Assembly (NCBI GenBank): GCA_951406725.2
Contig: OX597815.1
Span: 172,918,001 to 172,982,000 of the forward strand
Reading direction: 5' to 3'
From: Octopus vulgaris
Taxonomy: Eukaryota
Length of the DNA: 64,000 nucleotides
The notes beneath the pieces are model-generated. The model searched no databases. It was not told where the DNA came from and worked only from the letters and a program-made list of their open reading frames with translations. Shown here piece by piece: positions 43,545 through 56,902 of the stretch (position 1 is the first letter of the stretch; the number at the start of each line of letters is the position of its first letter). Position numbers and translations under genes: made by a program.

Positions 43545-43802
43545 AAAGGCAAAGTTACCTTCTCAAGTCATACCCACTCATAAGGGCAAATTTCCCGGTT
43601 TCATGACATACATATATTCCTCACCTGAATGGGACACCAGTCCATCACAGGATGATTCCTTTTTGCCAGCTGAGTGGACTGTAGCAGCATGAAATGAAGT
43701 GTTTTGCTCAAGAACACAATGTGTTGCCTGGTCCAGGAATCAAAAGCACAGTCTTACGATCATGATGCCAACACCCAAACCGCTAAGCCACATGCCTCCA
43801 CT
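43545..43802 (-). mobile_element. tRNA-derived SINE family C
   Basis: Head gtggaggcatgtggcttagcgg...gattcctggacc, body gtgttcttgagcaaaacacttca, tail aactttgcctttacttt. Confidence 0.65.
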
Positions 43803-44673
43803 GAGTAATTTGGTGACCTTACTGGTGCCAGTGCTACATAAAACACACCCAGTACACTCTGTAAAGTGATTGGCATTAGGAAGAGCATCCAGCTATAGTA
43901 ACCATGCTAAAACAGACACTGGAGCTTGGCACAGTCCTCTGGCTCAAAAGCACCTGTCAAACTGTTGAACCCATATCAGCTGGAAAATGTACATTAAATG
44001 ATGATGCTACCACCACTGCTGCTGACAATGACGACAACAATGTTGACAACAACGATGATGATGGCAACAACAATGATAACAGTCAAAAAATTATTTGTTG
44101 TTAATAAAAGCTCCAGATTCCAGAACTCCATCCATCATACAAGATGTTGTAGATCTAACTATAATCTCCTTCTGCACTAATTAGATTATTTAGGTGACAG
44201 AAGCTATCCATTATATCTAATGAGCTATCATAACAGGTCATGGTCTTTATTTCTTGCCTGTTAATACTCCTTTACAGCTAATGTATTCAAATGTAAGCAT
44301 GGCTACGTGGTTAAGAAGTTTGTTTTCCAACTATGTGCTTCTAGTTAAATTCTACTTTTCAGTGAATATCCTCAATAATGATCATAGGCTGAGTAGAATC
44401 TGAAACACAGAAACTGTGTGTATTGGCAGGTGAGATGTGCACATGCATATATACATGCACTCACATGTGTGTGTGTGTTAATATAATAAAACCACAAAAA
44501 ACCTTGTGAGATGCAGCAACCCAAGGCTTTTTGTGGTTTTTATTGTAATATCTTTATTTGCTTAACTGATTGAGTGCTATACTACTTGATGAACTTCATA
44601 CAATGCATATATATTTATATATATGTATACATACACACATACATGTGTGTGTGTATATGTGTGTATACATATA

Positions 44674-44726
<53 letters not shown>

Positions 44727-46106
44727 GAAAGAAGGTTTGAAAATGCAATTTAAAAGATGTTTATTTACTTAACCGGTTTCACTCTTTGGAAAAAGATTGT
44801 CAAAAGTAACATTGAATATTATGAATTCAAAAAAGTTTTTTGCATAATTGCCACATTGAATATTATGAATTCAAAAAGTTTTTTTACATAATTGTCACAT
44901 TACATGTATAAATATAGTGTTTGGTAACAGGGATATGTTAAGGGCATAAAGAAGTTCAACAGTGTGATGAGAATATTTGGAAAAATTGGCAGAAAAGAAT
45001 AAAACAAATATATTATTGGAAATTTGGTTGCGTTAATTATTGGTTGTTGCAAATTGTCACATTACATGTATATATATACAGTCTTTGGTAGAAAGGACAT
45101 GTTAAAGACATAAGGAAGTGCAATAGTATGGTGAGAATATTTGAAAAATTGACAGAAAAAATTAAAATGAATATTTTATACATCTCAGGGTCCGTACAGA
45201 ATATTATGAATTGAAGGCGAGAGTTTGTTTTAGCAGAAATGTTGAATTGAGAGAAATGTACCCAGTTTTGTTCTGATTATGGCTTCCCTTCAAGCATCAA
45301 TGATTTTGGGGTTATCATGATGTGAGTATGCGAGTGTGAATAGATGTGTCTGTGTGCCCGCAGTATCTGGTCAGACAGCGTCTGTTTGTCACACACATAC
45401 ACACACACAACACACACACATACAGAACACACACATACACAATGCACACACATATATAATATACACACACAGCACACAAATATAACATGTATTTATATAT
45501 AATACACACACATATAACACACACACACACACAACACACACACACACAACACACACACACATACACACAACACACGCACACATACACAGCATGTATATAA
45601 TATGCATACACACTATATACATACAATATACATACACAATACATACATATAATATATATATATATATATAGACAATGCATATACATATATACATATAAAT
45701 AGTGTTTACATACACATACATAAATATACCACATATACACACAATATACATACATACAATGTATACATATACACGTACACATACATATAACATATATATA
45801 CACACACACATAACATACACATACACAATGCATACATATATATACATGCAATGTATATACATGTATTCATGCATATATAACACACCTACAATATACATAT
45901 ATACAATGCACACATACACACACATATACACATAATTGTGCAATTATGTAAAAAACTTTTTTGAATTCATAATATTCAATGTTACTTTTGACAATCTTTT
46001 TCCAAAGAGTGAAACCGGTTAAGTAAATAAACATCTTTTAAATTGCATTTTCAAACCTTCTTTCATATATAATTCCACTCATGCGATACCCCACAACTCA
46101 ACTCTG

Positions 46107-46110
<4 letters not shown>
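44727..46110 (-). mobile_element. Penelope-like element remnant (GIY-YIG fragment, pLTR, inverted pLTR)
   Basis: 124-bp inverted repeat (44727-44850 / 45941-46064), each arm containing a degenerate hammerhead. A degraded GIY-YIG-like peptide (TNRRCLTRYCGH...REAII) lies at 45190-45390. Flanked by (TA)n. Confidence 0.65.
45982..46026 (+). ncRNA. Degenerate minimal hammerhead (mirror copy at 44765-44809, minus strand)
   Basis: TTACTT-TTGACAA-TCTTTttccAAAGAgt-GAAA-CCGG-TT-AAGTAA. Palindromic CCGG in stem III; core decayed from CTGACGA. Confidence 0.5.
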
Positions 46111-46140
<30 letters not shown>

Positions 46141-46160
46141 GCGCACATTTATAGATATAT

Positions 46161-46435
46161 ACAGGGTGCAGTGAATAAATTGTTGTCTAAATTACACAAA
46201 AATGAAAATAACACTGACATCTCATTTTAATAGATATATTTACCAAAATTACAAAACAATATCTTGAAATACTAAAGAGTAAATTTATTCTATAAAATTG
46301 CCATTGTCTTCAACCGCAGCCTCCAGACGAGTTCAGAGTCTCATGCAACTCTTCTGGATAGTCTCCTTGTTTAAGTTGGTGAATGCTGCCATAATCCTTG
46401 CCTTCAGTTCATCTTTGGTGTTACAAGGAGTTTGT
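46161..46435. mobile_element. Tc1-like fragment
   Basis: TA|cagggtg terminus and a transposase C-terminal remnant (NTKDELKARIM...IQKSCMR) on the minus strand. Confidence 0.5.
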
Positions 46436-48853
46436 GTGTGTGTGTGTGCAGATATATATATGGCTGTGTGGTAATAAGTTTGCATCTCAGCCACATGGCT
46501 CCAGGTTCAGTCCCACTGCATGGTATCTTGAGCAAGCATCTTCTGCTAAAGCAGCAGGATGACAAGAGCCTTGTATGTGGATTTGGTATATGAAAACTGA
46601 AAGAAGCTCATCGTATATCTGTGTGTATGAGTGTATGTAAGTTGTGTATGTGTACATGTGTGTGTTTGTGTCTCCTTAACACTGTGTGATAGTTTTAAAA
46701 GAGCTGACATGATTCTTTTCCCCCCCTAAAGGTCAAATGTCTATAGAAAAGCATTGTATACAGGTATGTATGATTGTATGTATACATGTGTGTGCATGTG
46801 TATGTGAATATATATATGTATATGTATTTTTATGTATGTGTGTATGAAAACTGAAAGTGATGGCCACCTAGCTGTTGTCACAGCACCCTTCTACAAGAGG
46901 GACACTCTGATGTAAAACCTGCAGTTTCACATGATTACTCATTATCTTACTTCAGCCTGTTATTAGGTACTCATCACTGAGACTCAGAATTTTCCACTAC
47001 AATCCAATGACATATAGATATTTCTTTGTAATGACCTCATTTGTCATTCCATTTACTAATGGTGATGGAAGAGAGGTGACGTGTGCAGGCCTAACCAGTG
47101 AGAAGGTTCGATTTCCAGTCAAAAATGTTTGAAACTTTAATCAGGAAACTTCTTATCCTGCAAAGTGATCAGATCAATCCAGTGGAAATTACAACGTTTG
47201 TATGCTTCTGCAGCTAGACTGTACAGTTATATGAGAGGTCATGAATGGAAAGTCAGAAATGCCATTAACAACAGTGAAGCACAAAGAGACAGCAATCAAC
47301 AGTCAAGTTGGAGCAATCACCCAATATGTGCATACACATATATGTGTGTGTGTGGGGTGTGTGTGTGTGTGTGTATGTTTCTTTTTAAGTATTTAGATTT
47401 TCCTTACAAGGAATATGTTAGTCTCTAACAAAGAAACTAAGTTTTATAACTGGAATTTTAATAACAAATATCTTAAATATTATATGTTGATCTTTAGAAA
47501 ACTCTCACATTTATTTACTGCACCATTTACAGACTGAATTTGTAATGCATCAGCAAGCTGATCACTGACTTTACCTTAAAATCCAAGCTTTTCAAGCTTT
47601 TACACTTAAATATTTATTAGCCTAGAAAAATGCACGAATAATAATTAGTATAAAAGTAAATTTACTTTCAGAATTCACAAGCTGCAGGTTTCAAAGCAAC
47701 TGTCCATAAATATTTTTTCGTTGTAAAAGATTTGATCAGAATATTCCACCAACATTCCTTGTGCTGATATGAATATATTTATTCAATAACAGGAGCACTG
47801 TTGGTATATATCCCATGATAGTCTTTGCTACTACAGCTGATACTGTATATTGCTCTACAACTACATTATGCCACAATGGAGAAAGTACTAAGATGACATT
47901 CTGGGGCAGCTGCTGACCATACATAGTATCCTCCACAAAAATGTGACAAAATTGACCTTTCAGGTGCATCTTGGATATTTAAGGGCATGGCTGTCTCTTT
48001 CATCCATTAGGTATGTTGTAGCTATCTCTTGTTGAATTTTCAAATGCCTAAGCTTCAAAATGTGATATAAGAGCCATGAATTCAAGAGAGGCTTCACTTC
48101 ATATTAATATTATCATTATCCTCAACTTTACTTATAACATACTCATATCTTTTTGGGGAATGAAGAGTATTTGCCTTTCAGATCTTCATTGAAATATTCA
48201 AGTCCAGCAAATCTGAGCTTGCATTAATGGTTGTCAGGAAATGATTAGTTCTTGAGGAGTTCACAAAGTTTGTATGTATGTATGTATGTATGTATGTATG
48301 TATGTATGTATGTATGTATGTATGTATGTATGTATGTATGTATGTATGTATGTATGCCTCATAACCTGTTCAGTAGTTGGTGGTATCATTATGATTCCCA
48401 TTGTATAGAATATATGAAGAACAAAATCAATCAAGTAAGTTCCACCCCTTTCCAAGCTACTGGCTATAACTAAATTCATTGATATATGAAATAGGAAATT
48501 GTTTTGTTCATGCTTTTTATAATTGTATTAGTAGAGAAAAGGCTTTTGTAGAGAATTGAAATTTCATCCTTGGATGTTGGGAAATTATCTCACTTCTACA
48601 GGACCCATGCAAGCAAATAATTATGATATACAAACATGTAATGCCAGTAAGATCCTACCTCCAAAATATAAACTGCACTTTATTCATGTTTGCACTAAAC
48701 ATATATTAAGCAAATTTTATAGGGTCCTGTTAACAATTAGTTATTATTTTAATGAAAGTATTACAGTATTCCATTTTCCTTACTAATAGTAGAATTAGTC
48801 AACTGGATATGAACAAAAGAATTTGAAACTTGATACCTCATAGGAGTAAAAAC

Positions 48854-48895
48854 ATTGATAATATTGATTTCTTTGGCCTATTACTTAACAAATAA
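48854..48895 (+). repeat. 42-bp sequence with an exact direct copy at 57118-57159
   Basis: attgataatattgatttctttggcctattacttaacaaataa occurs at both positions. Confidence 0.9.
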
Positions 48896-49662
48896 ACTGA
48901 CAATAAGACAAATGACATCAGTGTTTAAAAGCTTCTGTGTAGTTTTTTTTGGTTATTTTTATTTTCTTTTTGCTTTTTTCCATCTCAATAATACAAGCTA
49001 TATGCTTTGCTATTGCAATGTTTGCAAAGAGTGCTGCTTTCAGATGCTTATTGCACATGATCAAAAGTATACTTGCTTTCATTTGTAAGTGAAATCATTG
49101 ATTAAAGCACTTTGAAGCTGAAACGGTACATGAAGTGAACACAAATAATTAACTTGCACCGAGCAATTACTACAAAAGTTATGGGGGTCTGCATTTGTAA
49201 TTGACAAATATTAAAGGTGCATTGGACTTTATGACCTTTTCCAAATAGAATATTTCAGGTAAAATTGCTTCATTATTAAAGGGATAATTGCTATCAAATA
49301 TCACATTAGGTTGAAAAACTATGTTAAGATCATTAGTAATGGAATTGAGCAAACCATACCCTTCATTTCATTTAAATTATCATCTGTAATTTCATGTTAC
49401 CTATTTGGTTATAATGTTGGTGTTGAACAAATTATATTTTTTTATATTAAATTTTCTTATACTTGTTCAACCTTGGTCAACACAGCATATATATATATAT
49501 ATCATCATCATCATCGTTTAATGTCCGCTTTCCATGCTAGCATGGGTTGGATGATTTGGCTGAGGGCTGGTGAACCAGATGGCTGCACCAGGCTTCAATC
49601 TTGATCTGGCAGAGTTTCTACGGCTGGATGCCCTTCCTAATGCCAACCACATATATATATGT

Positions 49663-49771
<109 letters not shown>

Positions 49772-49817
49772 CATACATACATACATACATACATACATAC
49801 ATACATACATACATACA

Positions 49818-49853
<36 letters not shown>

Positions 49854-50637
49854 GTATATCAAATTATTAATTTCACTTAAAATTATTTCATATTGATTAG
49901 GGCTAAACTAATGTTAAGAGGAGTCATATTTTATATTTCATGCCTTCTTTAAAACAGTTGACCCTGGTCAGGTAGTGCCAAACAGCTAGTACCAAGTCGT
50001 TTTCTTGTTAATGATTTATTTTTCTATGGTTAACAACATTGAATATAGATTAAATCAGCCTTTGGTTGTTATGATTTTTCATTTAAGAAACTATTAACCA
50101 CTTATAACTTTATTTTTTGTCATGTAGTCATGACAAGAAAAACCAGAAAGAGACTACAACATATTTTAAGTAGTCAAGAACAATCACAAAAATTATTTCG
50201 TATTCAATATATACATATTATCATGTATTATTTTCTAGGGATCTAATATTCTTTATATTAACAAACTGAATCAAGCTGTCTAGGCATTATCTTCAGAGAC
50301 AAAAATTATCTTAGCTTTCAGCAGTTGCTGAGACAGTTGTAACATCTGGGTTTGTGGTGTTGTAGTTGTTCTTTTGTTCAGGTGGATAGAAAGATTTTAT
50401 CACCTTGAGTGAAAGAATAAATTAAGAATTTTTGTTATATAAACGTATTTATTTTCAAATGCTACATGATAATCTCCTGTAAAATCTCTACTAACCCTGT
50501 GAGGGTAAAAATAAATTTAGTTTGGCAGTGTCTATGTTATAATGTTTGGTTGTATCAATGATTTTACAGGTGGACCACCAAAACATTTGACATTTTTATT
50601 TATATTAAACAATAATAATAATAATGATGATAATAAC

Positions 50638-50676
<39 letters not shown>

Positions 50677-50683
50677 CATAATA

Positions 50684-50715
<32 letters not shown>

Positions 50716-53700
50716 TTTTTTCTTCTTCTTTCAAATTTGCTTCCATTTCTTGCCGAGTGTCTTCCCGACTCCTAGGGCAAAGAAACTCATAGTATACATT
50801 GGTAGGCCATTAAACCAAACTCAGTAGTTCGTTCATTTTTTTTAAATTTTTTTTTTTAAAGTTAAATTAAAATACAGGAGCAGCAACAGTTCTCACATCG
50901 ACAATGCTCTTCTCAATACGTGTGATGTACCAGTTAAGACAATCTTTTGCACTTCTTGCAGGGATGGTAAGCCAGGGATCATTCTCATATAATTTTCGGT
51001 TCCCTTCTTGATCATTCCTAGTGCTCCTACGATCACTGGTATTGTAACTGCCTTGAGATGCCACATTTTCTCAATTTCAATGAGTAGGTCTTTATATTTT
51101 CTGAGCTTGTCAAACTCTTTCGCTGAGATATTATGATCACAGGGGATGCTCATGTCGATCAATAAGCAAACTTTATTGTTTTGGTCTTTCACAACAATAT
51201 CTGGTTTATTGGCCTTGATGGTTCGGTCTGTATGTACTGGAAAGTCCCACAGAATGGTCACATTTTCTCCTTCAGTTACAGCCTCAGGGTGGTGATTATA
51301 CCACTTGTCGGCAGTTTTGATATTGTAATGCCGACTTATTAGCCAGTGGAGATATTGGCCAACTCTGTCATGTCTTAATTTATACTCCACTGGTGCTAAG
51401 ACTTTACACCCAGAGATTAGGTGGTCCACTATTTCAATCATGTCGTTGCAGAATCGGCATTTTGGGTCTGCTCCATTTTTCATCACATTGGCCTGGTAGT
51501 TCCGGGTTAATAGGCTTTGATCTTGAGCAGCCAGGATGAAACCTTCGCTCTCTGCTTTTAGCCCTGAGCTCCATAGCCACTGATGGGTTTACTTCTGGTC
51601 AACATCAGCTTGTTTGCTGCGGGTCACATATTTGCCGTGCAGAGGTTTCTCCTCCCACCTATCAGCCAATTGCTCGTGCGCTTTTTTCATTGCCATCATT
51701 TTCACCTTCTTTGCAACAATAGTTGCCGTACTTCCCTCGGGTTGTTCAGTTTGGGTATCCTGCACGAGATCAATAGCAAATTTTTTGCTTTCCTTTATGA
51801 TAGAATGAAGCTTCTTTCGTCTCTCATGATTTTCCACGAGCTTTAGCATCCAGTCATTCGATATTTCGAGATATTTGGCCAGTCCAATTGTGGTTGTTTT
51901 GTAAGCTAGTTCAAATTGGATCAGGCCTCGACCTCCTTGGGCTCTGGGAAGGTAAAGGCGATCTACGTCTGCCTTTGGGTGGTGCATCCTATTACAACTC
52001 AGCAGCTTGCGTATTTTTCTATCTATATTCTTTACTTCACTCATATTCCAGTTCAACACATTGTAGCTATAAGTAACAACTGGAACTGCTAAGGAATTTA
52101 TAGCTAACACCTTGTTACGTGCATTTAGTTCAGATTTCAGGACTGCACGAACTCTCCTATAACATTCCTTCCTGATTTTCTCTTTCATGCTTGCATGCTG
52201 AATACCAGAGCCTTCATTTATCCCAAAATATTTGTATGTTTGTTCTTGCTCAAGCTCTCTTATGACTGTGTCAACATCTAACACGACTGAATTTGTGGTC
52301 TTCATTTTCCCTTTCTGGAAAGTGGCCTTGGCACACTTCTCAAGTCCAAACTCCATCCCGATGTCATCGCTGAATGCTTTCACTGTGCGCAATAGGCCTT
52401 CAAGTTCATTATTGTCTTTACCATAAAGTTTTAAGTCATCCATATAAAATAGATGGCTTATTTTTTTATTGGCAATTTTATACCCATACCCTGTTCTGTT
52501 TAATTCACTTGTAAGGGGTATTAGGGCTATGCAGAATATTAAAGGTGAAAGTGAGTCACCTTGAAAAATTCCACAGTTGATGTTTATATTTTCTGAGGCA
52601 AGTACTCCATTAGAGTGGTATAATTGGAGATTCGTATTCCACAACGACATATTGTGCTTCAGGAAGTTTGAAATCACAGGGGAAATTTTGAAGATGTCCA
52701 GCGATCTCAAGATCCATGGATGCGGTATACTGTCGAAGGCCTTTTTGTAGTCAATCCATGCGGTGCTGAGATTTCTGCGCTTGTTGTGACAGTTCTCAAG
52801 GATCATACGATTGATTAGCAGTTGATCTTTGCATCCGTAAGAGCCTCGGCGGCACCCTTTTTGTTCAATGGGGAAAATATCGTTTTTCTCCATGAATGCA
52901 TGTTTTCTCCGCCAGGATAGATGTTAGGATTTTATACGTGGTGGATAGACAGGTTATAGGCCGATAGTTTTTTGGAAGGTTGGTTTCGTTATTCTTTGGG
53001 AGTAGGTAAGTAATGCCACTTGCTAACCATTCAGGTGTTTTCTTTGGGTCTCTCATAATTCCATTGAGCAGCTGAACTAGCTTACTGTGTGCGCATGGGA
53101 GCGATGCGAGCCAGAAATTCGGCACCCTATCTTTACCGGGGGATTTCCAATTATGGGCCTTCGTGAGTGCCTTTCTTAGGTCTGCTATTGTGATGTCTTC
53201 CCATGCTTGTTGTTGTAAATTTTGGTAGGATCCTTCAGTTTGTATAATCCAGTCTGCATTTATGTTGTACATCTTCTTGTCACTCCAAATCCTTTTCCAA
53301 AAGTTTTGAACTTCTTCCATGGGAGGGGGATCTTTAACGGTTACTTTCTCCTTCCCTATTTCTCTGTAGAATTTTTTGGCATTGGATGTGAACAGCTTAT
53401 TTTGCTTGTAAAACTTGTTTCTCTTCTCAAATCTTCGTATTCTTTGGGCTTTTGCTTGGACTTTTTGTTTTAGCGTTTCTTTTATTGATATCAGTTCTTC
53501 TCTTGGTGAGGATCCAAATTTTCTCTTCATCTTTCTTCCTGTTCTGGATCTTACATCATTTCCACATATTAGTTCATTTAATATTGATATTTCCCCTCTC
53601 ATAAATTCAATCTCTTTTTCAATTTTACTTCTCCAGGTTTGATTTCTTCCCAGGTTTTGTTTTCTTTGTTTTTTCGGGGGCATACAGCTGGTTTCAATTG

Positions 53701-54690
53701 CCCTAGCAGAAGCGTAAATAATTTCATTTAACTCAGTAAAATCAGGTTTTAATTCTCGTATTATTTTATTTGTTACATAGTTGCCAATTCGGATTTGTTT
53801 TTTATTTTGGTTTGTATTTGAGAGTTTATGAAGTGGTTCTCTATCATTCATACTTGTATGTCTTACAACTTCAAGCGTATTCAGGATTTTCTGCTTCATT
53901 TCTGCCATAGACTCTCTGTGTTCTTCAGCAAATGCGAGATCTTCAGTTACTGTTGTTTTTTCGTTTTCCTGGCTATCTTTAACAGGTACAATAGAATTTC
54001 TTGTATCTTCAGGCCTTTGCGTACTTTGGTCAGATGGCAGTCTTTCAATTAAGCCTCGTGGCGGGCTATACTGTTCATCTGATTCTTCATTTCCTTTGTG
54101 TCTTATATTTATGTCATTTTCCGTTGCGTGCTTGATCGCGCTTATTTCACTGTCTGTGAGTCTGTTATTTCTAAGGATATCCCTCCTCACATTTGCTAAT
54201 TTGTTCTCGTCCAAATAGGGCCTACTGTCTTGATTCCGTGTTCTCCATATACTGTAAGAGTTTGCGGTGTGTCTCTCTTGAGATGGCCTACCTAATGCAT
54301 AGTAATAAGCGTATATTACTTCTTTATACTCTTCTCGGGTCCATTTGTTCCGCTTACATTTTTCTTTCTGTGGTGGTGGTGGTGGTGAACTTGGAGGGCT
54401 CGAGTTGGGGGATTTCCCGTTCAAGTGACCATCCATGTCTGTATTCGGAGAAGAGTTTGTGCCAGTTGATGACTTTTCGATCCCAGGCTGGCTCTTCCCT
54501 GAGGGACGCGCTTCCAGATTAACCATAGGACAAGCGATTTGGTATACTGACTTAGTTTTCCTTTTAGTTTCCAAAAACATTTTGGTGCTACGATAATGTT
54601 ATCATTTTTTAGCTTTGATTGGCTCGTGGGGAGACGGCCATCATTGTCGTTACAATTATAATCGTACCATTATAGCAGCCGTAGTCGGCT
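50716..54690 (-). mobile_element. Near full-length R4/Dong-clade non-LTR retrotransposon (RT + CCHC + restriction-like endonuclease) inserted in (TAA)n
   Basis: Single-ORF layout with a short 5' UTR and a ~175-nt 3' UTR ending in AAAAAG(TAA)n. TAA-type repeats at both junctions. Dong elements are known to target TAA microsatellites. Confidence 0.85.
50893..54580 (-). pseudogene. RT-RLE polyprotein ORF (~1230 aa) with one frameshift (~52900) and one stop (51589-51591)
   Basis: RT motifs WIDYKKAFDSIPH, GIFQGDSLSP and FYMDDLKLY; zinc knuckle CRFC...HLISGC; RLE motifs RHD, KPDIV and LIDMSIP...KEFDKLRKY. ORFs 51589-52893 and 50893-51486 share a frame across DQK*THQWL. Confidence 0.92.
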
Positions 54691-55497
54691 TATTATTGTT
54701 ATTATCATCACCATTACCATCACTATCATCATTATCACCACCTCTGTAAACATCCTTTTTTTCTTTTTTTTCTTCTCTCTAAAAACATCACGCTTTTCTT
54801 TTTGTGGACTTACAAAACCCTAAAACTTTCTATGAAAATCTGACTTTTCTTTGCTTCCTCCCTGAATATTCAAATATAAATGTAAACATATACTTTTTAT
54901 TGTAAAAACACACCTGTTCTTCTAACTGGACATACAAACATCTCTAGAAAAGTCAACTTCAACCTCCACAATATTACCTTACAGGAAATATACAAACACG
55001 TTTTATTGCAATAACACAAACGCACATGGAAAAAAAAAAAAAAATGATGATGCTAAGATTCTCTCTGGTGGAACACAACTTCTCTATTCACAAACAATAC
55101 AGAACAACCCTTCCTTAATTTTTCTTTAGCCTAATAGTAGTAAACATCTGAACTTTTTTTGACAGATAGGACCCCACCTAAAAAAAAAAAAAAAAAAAAA
55201 AAAAAATATCACTGACGGTGATGGTGATGATGGTGATGATGATAATAATGATAGTAATAGTGCTGATAATCTATCTATCTATCTACACAAACACACTCAA
55301 AGAGTTCAACCAACACAAAGAAAGTATTATTTGACAGGCAAGAACTCTGGTGTTGAAGACAGTCAGCCAGCCAACCACCAAGCCAGCCAACGAGACAGAC
55401 AGACACTACTGTGATGGTGATAATGATAAAAAAACAAAAATAACAATAATAAGATACTGCTGTGACTACACATAAAACAATATCATTGATGATGATG

Positions 55498-55538
<41 letters not shown>

Positions 55539-55574
55539 CATCGTCATCATCGTCATCATTATTATTATTATTTA

Positions 55575-55790
55575 AGGTGACGAGCTTGCAGGATTATTAG
55601 CACACTGGGTAAAATGCTTATGGCATTTCATCCGATCTTACATTCTGAGTTCAAATTCCACCAAGGTCGACTTTGCTTTTTATCTTTTCTAGGTCAAGGA
55701 AATAAGTACCAGTTGAGCACTGGGATTGACTAGCCCCCTCCCCTAAATTTCGGACTTTGTGCCTATAGTAGAAAGGATTATTATTATTAT
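55575..55790 (+). mobile_element. tRNA-derived SINE family B with (ATT)n tail
   Basis: ggtgacgagcttgcag...gagttcaaattccacc...aataagtaccagttgagcactggg. Other copies at 11080-11290 (-), 17630-17845 (-), 37890-38100 (+) and a fragment at 36105-36180. Confidence 0.75.
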
Positions 55791-55801
55791 CATTATTATT
55801 A

Positions 55802-55854
<53 letters not shown>

Positions 55855-56044
55855 TTGTTCATTATGTACTAGTATATGTGTATTCATCCTTATTTTATTT
55901 ATTTTATTTAATTTATAAAAAATTGCTTTTAAAATATGCAAGATTTATATATATATATATTTATACATATATATATATGTATATATAAATGAGTTTCACT
56001 TTTGGAGTGTGACTTTTTGCCCACTCTGTATTGTGAGCAGTATA

Positions 56045-56902
56045 AGAGATGCATTCAAAGAGTATCCAACTTTATTTTTCCCTGCCAAAACTAATGCCAC
56101 ATGAGGAAAATCCTTTGGATGGGAGGTGATACCACCCTTTCAGCACATACAAGAAAATTATCACACCTGTAGGCTGTATTAGTTCCCAGCTGTCACACCT
56201 ACAGCAAAGACATGTAATGTGCACTCATTGGATTTTCATTTTCACTAAATGCATCAAGCAGAGATATTGCATCAAGTTCTATCAAAAGCTTAGTGATACT
56301 CCAGCTCAAACCATCCAGAAGATTCAGCAGGCCTTCGGTGATGATGCCATGGGAAAAACTCAGAGTAAGACATGTTCAGGTAGCCCATCCACAAGCTAAA
56401 AGAAGGAGCCAATTGGGAAGGTTTGGTGATTAGTCTTGGAAGATCATCATGTAACAATTTTTGTCAGGAAATTTCTGACAAAGTGGGAATAAGCTCAAGA
56501 TAAGTGCATTCATTTTAATAGTGGATTTGTGCATGCTGGGAGTGTCAGTGAAATCATCCCCAAAGTGTTAGCAGAGCAGCAGAAGCAACTTTTCATGGAA
56601 ATCACTCAGGATATGCTGGACTGTGCAAACTATGACCCAGACATCATGAAGACCATTATCATTGGTGATGAGACATGGGCTTATGGTCTCATTTGGTCAT
56701 CTTGCATGCAAATATAAATCCAATGAGCATGCACTACACATCTGTACTTTAGCTGTAACAGCTGAGAACTGACATAACCTACAGGCTTGTAAATTTTCAT
56801 GCATGCACTGAAAGAGTGATGTTACCTCCCACCCAAATGATTTACCCCATGCAACATTAGATTTGGTAGGAAAAAAGTCAGATATTTTTTGAATGCACCT
56901 TG
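56045..56902 (+). mobile_element. Decayed mariner transposon
   Basis: TIRs gatgcattcaaagagtatccaac / gtcagatattttttgaatgcacc; QRYCIKFYQKL HTH and IIIGDETWAYG motifs. Confidence 0.85.

Noticed and set aside
47672-48650. Cluster of plus-strand splice-like sites
   Set aside because: No consistent open frame or recognisable protein; cannot be separated from chance sites without RNA data.
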